From positions 186,001-250,000 of the forward strand of contig NW_020846334.1 in NCBI RefSeq assembly GCF_003704095.1: 64,000 bases of DNA. The letters run 5' to 3'. The translations under genes and the position numbers were made by a program. Below the pieces are notes generated by a model. It had not been told where the DNA came from. It did no database searches and saw nothing but the letters and a program-made list of their open reading frames with translations. This DNA comes from Pocillopora damicornis. Lineage: Eukaryota. This document shows, piece by piece, positions 26,485 through 38,400 of this stretch (position 1 is the stretch's first letter; every line of letters begins with the position of its first letter).

Positions 26485-29400
26485 ATGTTGTTCTTCTGTG
26501 GTGAGTAGGCATTTTTAAAGTTAAGCAAAAAATGTCAACACGTTGTGTCTTGTCCAAGGCGGCAGATCTGTAACGGGATATTCAGCTGTAACGCCACAAG
26601 CCAGTATGAAAGCTGTTTACGTACTTCAGCGATTAAGGTTTCTTCACATGATGAGAGAAAGTTCGATGAAAAAAAGTGGCCATGCTGCATTTTATTGACA
26701 CGTTATTTTTCCTTTAATGAATTTATTTATCACGCAAGTACTTTGCATCTGAACTCGTGTCTCTTGTTTTTGTCTGAATCGAAGGGCATGTACGTTTTCT
26801 TCTCTAAGGTCTAAGGGTCACGAGGCCATCAGTGTTTTTACTACTGTCGAATGAAACCTCTTTAAAGAAAGCCTTTGCTATAATTACAATACACCGAAAT
26901 GGTAAAATTTTGGAGAAAAATTACTCAACCATAATCAATATCGGAAACAAAGGCGATTCCATTTTGTATTGTAGACTTCTACTTCGGTTTTTATTTACAA
27001 TAGATCGTAGAGATTTCTTTAAGGTTCTATTAACTACGTAGGCTTCCCAATGGTGCCCACAGAGTCAGTCGTGTTTATTTGAAAAAAAATTTAAAAGTAG
27101 ACGAAAACGCTTTTTTTCAATCTTATCTTTGATAAATTGATGGTTTTGGCTGAACAAAAACTCTGATGCAACTTTCTGGTCTCGAATAATAAGTATTTCT
27201 ATGTTTACACAGGCTGATGTATGAACCATATAACATCAGTACTGAGTGGGTAAACTGAAAGGTTTTTGGGTGGGGGGAAGGGGGTCTTCTTTGAGGAACT
27301 TAACATTGATAATCTGTAATCCAAGGTGTTTGAGATGGGGGAGGGGGAGGGGTGGTGGTTATAGGTTTCAACTGTGGCAAGGCATCATATTTTATAGCAT
27401 GATATGTAATTAAATGACTAGATGTCAACCCTCGATGTTTGGTAAATATGTATGTCAAATCACTTGCACATGATTTATATCAGAAGAGTAACATTGCAGG
27501 TTAGTGTCAGTCAATCAGTCAGTTTTTTTTTATTATGAGTAATTTAAGAAACTACACCATTGAAGCTTTTCTATATCCTCAACTACTGAGGAAGGGAATG
27601 CTATCTTACTTGGGCTGTCTAGGGGTGTGAAGCACCTCAAGGGGTGTAGTTTGGACCCCATTCAATATGAAATTGGGTGCAGATTTAGCCATTGGCTTTG
27701 AAATTGGTTGAAATGTTACGCACTGTCCAGAATTGGGTTCATGAGTTAGCTATGTCTAGAAATGTACATAGCTTTTTAAGTTATGTGGGTTGGAAAGAGG
27801 TCTTAGAAATTGACTATTTTGTTGTGAAATAGGGGTATTGTCTTTGGCTGAATGACAGAGGTCAAAATTATTTATTATTTTATAGTTTCTTCATGGTCAT
27901 TTTCTGAACCCTTTATCTCCCAAGATCTGATTGTTAATTCTCCCTCTGGCTGCTTGACTTTTTCTCATAAATTAGTTACAAGAATTTGGAATCTGAGTAA
28001 GAAAACAATTTCAGCTTGATAAATTTTAGTTTTCTGATTATCCATGTGCTGGAGAATGTAGAGATATTACAAAGAGAATTTACGTGTTAATCACTTCTGG
28101 GAGTTACAGGGTTAACTCTGGGACAAAAAGTTACCTTAACCCTATACAACCTAACATCAGGATGCATATTCTCTATACAGTTCTCTATACGTTTCTTAAG
28201 GAGCTGACAGGAGGTTTAGCAATCAACAACTTCTTTATTTTGTGATCATTTCCTTTATTCTCATTACCTTAAAGTGTGATTCAGGGATGATATCATATGG
28301 GAAAATTAGATACCAGTCTCCCTCGGGGTCAAAGGGTCAACACTCATATTCATGTTTACAATGTGTTCCATCAGAAGATGTGTTTATAAATAGGTGAATG
28401 TTACTATCCAGCTGCACTATGTAGAATACAAATACTCCATGAATCAAATACAAATATCATGCAATATTTGGACAGTTTGTTATTATGTATCGTAAAAAAA
28501 CCTCTTTAACCAGCCAGCTGTGCATGCTATGGTATTCTACATATCTGCTCTACTTAATTTCTGCCTTTTAAGAAATGCATATAAAATAAAGCAGTTGGGT
28601 AATAAATAACTTATTAAACATTTTGGTGCATATATAGTACGGCTCAGTATTTTTACTCGTTGTTTGAATTTTGACTAGCCCTATGGGCTCGTCAAAATAT
28701 GGCACAATTTTTAAAAATACTCAGCAATACTACACACCAAATTTTTAATAGGTTATATAAATTTAACCCCTTCTATTTTGGACTTTCAGGTTTGTGTGTC
28801 CTGTTAAAGGCATTGACTGCTGAAGGTACATAGAGTTATATTTTTATAAGTAGACAATATATTGGATATACCTTTATATAAATTACAGTAAAATTTATTG
28901 AACAATTTTTCCCTAGCCTGATGAAAATAAGTTAATCATGCTAACCAAGGTGAGGTCAGTATTGTAATAATGACAGACTGCAATTATGCGCAGAATTATG
29001 TCTCAATTGTGAAGTGCACAGGCAGTAAATCTGAGCAGAAAAAACAAGGTCCCTTTACACTCACAATAAACACTGAAAAAACAAAGTTAGTAAGATATTT
29101 ATTACATCTTTGGGTTCAAATAGAGGGCAAAGATTGCAATTGAAACAAAATATCAAATTTAGTAGTCTGTGCTTACTAACTGAGAGATCTGATGATTTAT
29201 ATGATAATCATATATTTGCTTTCAAACCCTTGCTTGACATCAGCAGATTTCTGTTTAAGCCTCTGTTTTATATGTTGTTTTTTTTTTCTGTTTTTGTTTT
29301 ACAAAACCAAGACTTTACGGAATAGCCATTATTTGCTCAGGGTTGGGGTGACTGTGATGCAGTCATTCATTTTATTGAACCTTTTTACTAGTCTTCTTTT

Positions 29401-32400
29401 TAAGTATTAGACCTCTGATACTTTGTCTCTAATCCCTTCTGTCCATAATTGGGAATTCTATTGGCCTTCTCAAGTTTTTTTCTTTTGTTTTTTTTTCAAT
29501 AGATTGGTATCAATCCAATTTATTTTGTGTATTTGTGTATGAAGTCTCTTCTTGAATGCATCGTCAATCACCCCTGTTTCTTCCAATTGCAACTTCCCCT
29601 CACCTTCCCTCCCCTCCCTGTTGTTCCCCTCCTTGTTACATTTGTCACTTCTGGTTGTTCAACTACCAGTTGAAATCTAGCAGTCGTGTTGAAATAGTGC
29701 CATCTTATAAATGGCATATTGTGAGGTACTGAAAAAGGAGATCTGGCTTCTTTGTATAATCAGCAAGGGGGGGAGGGGGGAGGGGTGATGGAGGGGTGGT
29801 AGACGGTGGCTAGATGTCCGTAGCAGGAGGAGTTTTGTCCTCTCCCAAAAGTTTGGATTAGTAATTCAAGTTGTGGCTCACTGATAGGCTCGGCTTATGT
29901 TGTTTTCTGGAGCCCAGACTTCACTCCAATAAATAATGGCAGGAGCGTTGGCTCGTTTATCGACCAGCGGTTGTCAATCGAGCCCAACTTGATGATGAAG
30001 TATTCCAGTGTGACCTCTGACCCAGCTTAGTCTAGACCACTATCTGTTTCTTTTATATTTATCTGTTTTTAATTAAATTTTTGTTAAATGCTTCTTTATA
30101 TCAATGGAAAAAATCCGGGTGCGTAACAATGTGATTAAATTCGGGCAGATTGCCCAGAGAAAGATCCCTTTTAAGTACCAGCAATCTTAACTTTCTCTTC
30201 TTTGAAGCTTTAACTAACATTCGGTACTTCAAACAAGAGCGACTGTTTAATTTTAGGCAAGTTTTTGTTCTCTGGTTTTCAAGATGTCTTGATTGAGGAG
30301 TTGTTCTATGTGATTATTTTGTTATAGAGGTGGCCTAAAAACTTTGATTACGAAGAAACTTGCAAGACAGAATTGATAATTAAATTACACAGTCGATAAT
30401 AGGATTTACCAGTTCGTTAAAAAGGTAAACATTGCGGGTGAGGAACCGAAAGTAGTAATCTGGAGGTCACTGAATCGTTACAAAGCGGCTACAGGTTATC
30501 TTTGGTAAATGTTTTGATTGGAGGGGCAACGTTTTGTTATCAAAGAGACGATGACAGCGGTTTGTTTTGTGTAACCGCACATAGATTACCTCAATTGGGA
30601 GAGCGACGGACTTCCGTGTGGGAGGTCGAAGGCTCGAGTCCCTCATCGGAAAAAAAAGGAAAAAACACTCAGCGCCTTAAAAATAACTCAGGAGTAAGAG
30701 CCGCTTTCGAAATGGTGTCCGTAGATACTTAGAAGTTTTTCTCTATCCGGAAAATGTCTATATACCAATAGTAGAAGGGCATGAGGAGGGCACGAGGAGG
30801 GTACGAGTATGTCGTTGTTAAGCCTGATCTTTGTGTAAGTCAGCAGGTCCACAACAACGAATCGCTGCCAAATTTTCGACCTGACACATAGACAAAGCAA
30901 AGCAAAGCAAATATAAAACAGACGTTTAGATTAAAAATAAGGAAAAAAAGCAGGGCTAGTAGTCGCCGTCATTTTCCGGTGGGCGCCTAGACTAAGCCAA
31001 TTTTCATGCTCCAAATAAATCAAAGAGACGACCAGACGATTATAACGGAAAAGCATTTGAAAACTGTAAATTGCTGGTGTAAATTTCTCTAGCTACGTGC
31101 CTCAATCCGTACGTTCGACGTATTCCCATTGAAGTTTAACGTTTGGTCAGTAGACCTTGATTAATCTTGTTATCGATCACGCAATGATTGACCGTGCGTA
31201 ACAATTGCGAACAATTTCATGTAACTGTGCTTTGTTACGAAACTTTCTGTGTCGTGAGCGAATGTTGGGATTATAATCGTTATACTGGGTTGTCGTACCT
31301 GCTAATGGAGTTAAGGCGTCAACAATCTGATTTGACCGATACGGCCAAAAGAGCTCTTGCGACGAACCGAGGCCAGTTGGAGTGTTTGAAATCAACTTAT
31401 GGATTACTAGAAAGCGAGTATAAAAACAAATGCTGTAACCTGAATGCTGAGCAAGCACGGTTTCTTCGATTCATGAAAACCAAACTTCCAGCGATCAAAG
31501 TTTCTACGGATGAAAGTGAGTTGCCCAAGCCTAAGTTCTTAACAACGACGGATTCTCCACACATAGGGAACCGTAGTACCGTGACATTGCCAGTTTTACT
31601 CGACAGAAGGAGGAGGTCGAAGTCGTTCTCGGATTTGTCGGAGGCGCTGAACTTAAACGAACTGGAATCACCTCGCGATAAGACGACGGGAAGACAAAAG
31701 TCTTGCGAGAACTTGTATAATGAAAAGCTAGGCGAGAGTCGGATTAACGCTAACACAACTCTCTCGAGAAGTTGGACAGCTTTAGACTCATCGTCGAACT
31801 TACCGGCCAAAAGGAGAACTGAGAAACAATTAGGACAACCGTTTGGAAGTGCTGCAAACAAAACTTCCTTTAAAAACTTTGTGGAACCTTCAAGAAAGAT
31901 CTCCTCCCCGGCAAGATTGGTTCCATTGGACATCAACCGCGTTCATGAAACACGAAAGTCAACAAGTAAAAAGCCAATTGAAAAGCAATTAGGAGATGTT
32001 AAAGATTTAAGGTATCTTAGAAGTGGAAAATATACCACTGAAGATGATGTTTCTGAAGAGACTATTTAAAATGTGAAAACGGCTTGAGAAAAGCGGTAGA
32101 AAACCATCCTTATTAAATATAACAAGATTAGTGCACATATTCGTGAGAAACTTTCATGGTTAACATGTGCGGTAATTGGCTTAAAGGAGCTTGCTCACTG
32201 GCTCGGAAAATAATTACATGATCTTTTTGAACTTGTTGATTATCCAACAAAATTTTCTTGTTTCTCGCTATTATTGGGAATTCGTCTCGTTACAGAGGTT
32301 GGTGCGATATCTAATAGCTACTTTTTTAAAATCTCTATTTTTAATTTGTGACCACATTTATCCGTTTCACTTTCCAGTTTTCAAACGGAAGTTTCCCAAA

Positions 32401-35400
32401 ATAATCATGATTGTCTACAGCATATAGACTGATTCCGTAAACCGATAGGTATTTTAATTTGTTGGGTCGCAATGGCAGGGAAAATAGCTGCAGACTGCAA
32501 CGTGCTTTTACGAAATCATATAGGACTCTGGAACCATAATTTTTTAGTCTTCTTGAATCTCTCGGTTGTCAAATACATCAAATTTACTTCACTCTGGCTT
32601 ACTTTTGTCGTCTGACTCTAAAGCTCTTTCCTGTCTCTTGCTCTTTGATTCTCACTGACTACTAAGTAAACTCTAAAGTACATGCATATATACATTCCCT
32701 ATCGGGTAGGCATGTTTGGGCATGCTGGCCAACTGACCTCGGTAAGAACACGAACCCAACTGAAAACTCTTAAAAGAATTTATAGCTGATTTGGCTTAAA
32801 ATGCGTCAACAGAATAACAGTCATTGAGGAACATGGTATATCACCCAGTGTTTAAACTCCCATAGACGGCGGTGAATGAGGGTAAGAGGTTCTAACTTAT
32901 CAAAACGAAAATTTTGGTAGACGGGGTTCCGGCAGACCCGTACCCCACCAACCCACGTTTCGATGTGAATGATATCGCATCGTGATAGTGTAGTCTGATC
33001 GTTCAGGTGAGGTCAGTCTTGAGAAGGACTGTTGTTGGTAGTGGTGACTGACGTTTCGACAACCTGAGCGGAAGTCATCACCAGTCAAGTGAATAGTTGT
33101 TGTCAGGCTGTTGGATGTTTTCAGGGCTTGTTTACTTTTCGAGCAGTAATCTCTATGTTTAGGTTTTGCGATTGACCTTTCTCTTAAGGTTCTCGTTCAA
33201 ATATGGATTGTTTAATTGAAAGGATGAATTACATGTTGTCATTTGGGAGAGTGTCCTAAAATTGTGAAGGTTAATTTTCTGTTGAATATGTTTCATCTTC
33301 CAAGTTCAGTAAGCCAACATATCCACTCATGCTTACCATACACAAAAAAGCGCTTCACTAGTCATTCTTGTTAGATTAGCTGACGAAGAATACAAGAATT
33401 TAAAAGAAAGCTACAGACCATTGGTGCTTTGCCTTGTGTTTTCCTCAAATGTTCTCTACATTTGACAAATCTTCTCACTAAGGCCGCGCTCGTCCAAATA
33501 CAATATTGAAGGACTTTTTATTGAAGAACTACTCCCTGATGAATTGAAACAAGTCGATTTTGGTCACACTACTCGCTGTTAAGATTGCAAAGAGGTTCAA
33601 CCTCTTACAGTATAAAGAATTCAGCATTTCCAGGTATCTTGTTTGGGGTTAATAACAATAGTGAATTGTTGCTTTTTTTCCTCTCGTCCTCTTGCCGAGT
33701 ATAGTTCGTGAATGTTGTTAGCAACAAAGAATCCTTATTGTGTTAATAAATTTATAATCAACTGGTTCGCTGATAAAAAAAATATACTGAGAGACCAANN
33801 NNNNNNNNNNNNNNNNNNNNNNNNNNNNNNNNNNNNNNNNNNNNNNNNNNNNNNNNNNNNNNNNNNNNNNNNNNNNNNNNNNNNNNNNNNNNNNNNNNAA
33901 AAAATTAAAGTGCGCTGGCAATTTTTGATCAAAGTTACTTTAGTTAAACAACGTTTCCATCTATCCTTTTCTTGTAATCATCTGTTGTAGCCCATGCATC
34001 TATTAATCCCATTAATCCTTATAATCCTAGCCCATGTTCTCTTCCATCTTCCTAACCCTTCGTTTTTTTATTTTTTAGCTTGCAGGGAAAACCAGCAGTC
34101 GACAGTCACGTTAACGAATTCAAATGGCATAATTTCCCCTGGATATTTTCCGAAAAATGCGGTATGCAACTGGATTCTAACAGCTCCCATAGGAAGTGTG
34201 TTCAGAATATCACTCAACGTCTATGTTAACAGACGAAAGTTACCCTGCAGTGGTAATTATGTGAAGATCTACGATGGAAGCGATGTTAGCAGTGACGTTA
34301 TGTTTGAACATGACTGTAGCGGGAAAAAGGATTTCTCAGGGTATTTTTTCTCTTCTGGTCGTCACGTGTTACTGGAGGTAAAGACAGGAGCAGAGGAAAA
34401 GTCTACGGGATTGATTTTGAAATATGAAACCTTTGCTAAGCAAGGTAAACTTTAACCTAGAGGAAGGGTACTCTAATGTATATCATTAGAGTATATGCCC
34501 CTTTTTAGGGCGCTAGTTTGCTCTCGGGCCCAGTGCCTCATAGTGCTTGAGCTTACCACTTAAAAAACCATACCTCTCTGAGCAGTTCTCGCGTAAGATG
34601 GCTTGCGATAGTTATAGAGGTATGGGAGACAACGATAGTTTTACAGCACCACATCTAGAAAGAGTTGTAAAATACAACTGAGGGTAGGCCAAGAAGGATC
34701 TCGTAATCCCACTGGCAAACACCCATCTAAGACCTTAAGTGTACTTGTCATCGCCAGAGAAATTGGTCCTCCTCAAAAATCTCTCAGCTGAATCATTGTT
34801 TATGATACTCTTTGCTACCCCCCCCCCCTTCCAAGGGGTAAGGTGGCAGGGTAGGGCAGGGCAGGGCAGGGCTGAAGCTGAGGCCACCACCCAAGATATA
34901 CTCTTACTAAGGGGGAAGTAACTATGAAGGTCGTTAAACCACTGGTAGAAGAAATTGAGGGAATCGAAGTGAGAATTCCTCGGAGAAATCGTAAGGTGAG
35001 GTGCGAGGAAACTATACAGCGTCTTTCTCATGAAAGGTGGTAGCTATTTGCTTTGAGTTTGTGCGGGATAAGGGTTAAATCCCCCTGTGAGTTTAGAGAT
35101 CGATTTCCTTTAGTGTGGTAAAACGACGACAAATCAGGAAATCGTAAAATGGGAAATTTCTCAAATAGCCAGTAACAACTCAAATTTAAAAAAAAGGACC
35201 AACACCTGATGTGCGAAAAACGTCAGCGAGCCAGTTGCGAATGGTTTTATTTTGGCCAAACCAATTACAATGCAAGATAAGGCAAATTCAGTGCAATGCC
35301 GAATTTTTTTGCGACATTTAGTTGGAAGTTTCTATTGTTAACCGTGACATTAAATTGTGTTCCCTTTTCTAGAGCCATGTTCTATAAACAGTACCTTGGA

Positions 35401-38400
35401 TGCTCCACTGTCGCCAACTGAACGTAACTTCACAAGCCCTTACTACCCTCATGGCTATCCCTTAAATACAACTTGTGGATGGCACATCGCAGCTCCTCAG
35501 GACCATGTGGTTATGCTTTTGATAACACAACAGCTGGATCTTCGTGACAGTGTGGAAATTTTCGATGTAGATGGCGCCCAACTCATTCCCATTGATATTC
35601 CAAAGAATGAGCTTTACTCGAAGTTTCAATCTGTCTACGTAGTCTTCAAGAGCGATCAGAGGCCACGAACGTTCCTAAACCAAGAGAAGGGGATACTTGT
35701 TCGTTACTCCGCAGTAAGGAAAGGTAAAGCTTTGGCGGAGTATGAAGGGACGAAGGTGGCGGTTTGGGTTGAACCACAAAACTCTAGTGGGTCGTAAAAG
35801 TCTTGGCACGTTCTTCTAATTATTGAATTTTCCCTTTGACTTTTGTTATTTCTCCCTTCCCCCCCTTCCCCCCTTTCAATGTTGCTTGGTGCTAACAAAA
35901 TAGTCACACAGGAAATATTATATGGGGGGAGAGGGTAAGGGGGGACTTGAAAGTAACTTACTATAGATGAATTGCAAGATTTCTGTTTATTATGTTGAGT
36001 GAAGGGTTGTTCCAACCTCCTTTGCCACTCATTGTAGATCTTGCAGGATCATCAATGACCTCCATTTTTGTGATAATCTGAATTATGACCGACCTTGCTG
36101 ATTGTCTAACTGACCAACTAAATGACTTAATGGCTGACTAGCTGTGTGATTAATCATTTGATGACTATTTTTTTTTGTTTTATTTGATTATTTTTTCCAT
36201 AGTAACCACCTGTTCTTTTGGAAACTCCTACGACGAGAACATGAATATCTTCCTCGAGGATTCTTCAGGAACAATCGAAACTCCCGGGTATCCAAGTGGT
36301 TATAATAACTCCCTGATCAACGAGTGTTCCTGGAAGATAATCGTACCCACTGATAAAGTGGTACGAATAGAATTCACATCTTATCGGCTTGGACAGTACG
36401 ATTATACTGAAATCGCTGATAGAATAAATGGGTTACTCCCAATTTCTATTTTACTTTCTGGCACAGAACCATCGTTTAAATTCTATTCAACTGGACGCGA
36501 GCTTAGTATAAAGGTGACAGCTCGTTCAGATCAAAAGAGTGGTCCAGGATTCATTGCAGACTACACTGCAGTGCCTGCGGGTGAGTCGGTCAGTCTGTTA
36601 TACAACGTGTCCGTTAGTCTTTCCGTCAGTCAATCTTGGTCCATATGTCTGTCTGTTTGTTTGTAAGAAAATCGTATTGGTGATCATGTTGTCAGTCTTT
36701 CAGTCAATCAGCTACCGAGTTAAATATGTACTGTGGTATCCAATCACTCTGGCTCTTCATGCAGGTCAATGGGTCAGTCTGACAGTCAGCCAATCAGTCA
36801 GTCTGATAGCCTGTCAGTGAGTTAGTCAGCCAGCCAAACAGTGGGTCAGTCAATTAGTGAGTTAGTTAATCAGTTTGCTAATCTGCCAGTTAGTCAGTCA
36901 GTTAGTCAGTCAGTCTGTTGGCTATACATACCGTCCGAATCTGTTTATCAGTCTGTTCGTCGGCTATTGAGTTAAATTAGGCCAATCGGTCTGTTAATCA
37001 GCCATTTCAGTCAGCTCGTTAGTCGCTCAATCGTTTTCCCAATTAGTCGTAATTTGTCAAAGTCTTAATGAATAAGTTAGAAAGTCAGTCAGTCAAGCAG
37101 GAGATGAGTCTTTCCTTGAGTTATTCCATCAATAAAGAGGCCCACCAATCAGAGAGCCCTTGTAGTTTTTTTAACCCTTTCCTTCCCAAGATCTCATCGG
37201 TAATTCTCCTTACTCTCTGCCATACAATTCTCATAACGTTAGTTCTGAGAATTTGGTATTGAATCAACTATTAATAAACCCCTAGTTTATATTTCATGTT
37301 ATTATCATCACTTTCCTGCTTTGTAGTGTATCGATATTTTAAGGAGAAATTATGTCTTGGTCACTAATAGGAGTTAAAAGATTATCTGAGCTAGAAAGAA
37401 AGCGTGGTTACCTTTTTCAGTGACATCGGGAGCCTGCGTTTTGGGAAAGAACTCAGTGGTGAATATGACTGGTGAAGGGCGAAGCTTCTCAACGCCAGGG
37501 TATCCTTTCATTGTGGAACAAGGAACTTGTACTTGGAACGTCATAGTGAACTCCGGCGAGTTCATAAAGCTTACATTTCGGAATATTAAGGGAATATGCG
37601 CTCAGAACTTTATAAAAGTCTTTGATGAAACAAATTCCACTCGGATTTCCCTAGGAAAGTTTTGCACAAAATACTCCGACGTAGTATACTCGCGAGGCAA
37701 CAAATTAAAGGTGGAGTATACATCACTCTCTTCCAAAAAGTATTCTGGTGGTTTTTTCGCCACATATCAGTCCATTCAAGCAATCCCAGGTAATTACTCC
37801 GGTCAGATAACTAGATATGAATCAAGACGTATTGAAATGAAAGACTTCGCTGGCGAATTCGCCAGCTACAATTATCCGCTGCCTTATTCCAACGACGTCA
37901 AGTGCTTGTGGGAAATTGAACGGCAGGCTGGTCACGTGATCCGTTTGACGTTTCAATTCTTTGACTTACAACAATCTGAAGATTGTGAAAGCGATTATGT
38001 GAAGATCGAACAAGGATCTTACTTTTGGAGGACTCTGGTTGGAAAATTCTGTGGCTCCTCGCTCCCTGATGCCATTCTGGTGAATGACTCAAATATGTAC
38101 GTGGACTTTGTGAGCGACAGCTCCGGAAAATACCCAGGATTCCATGCAAGTTACCAAATACTTCCTGATCGTAAGTATGGAAAAATTTAAGGTGCTGAGT
38201 CGCTGCACTTTTATTTATTTTGAACTTGATGATGACGAAACGATGAGACAGATAGTTTCAACTGTCATTCCCTTTGTTAAATATATATATATTTCTTTTC
38301 TCTTCTCTTTTTCCTTTTTTCTAAGCCGCAATGGGACCATGCAAGAACCCCTTTCAAGACAACGTGATTCCTCTGACTGGAGAAAAAGGAATTATCTTTT

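Noticed and set aside
30580-30650. Possible tRNA gene
   Set aside because: No complete cloverleaf; it continues into a repeat body, so it is a SINE head.
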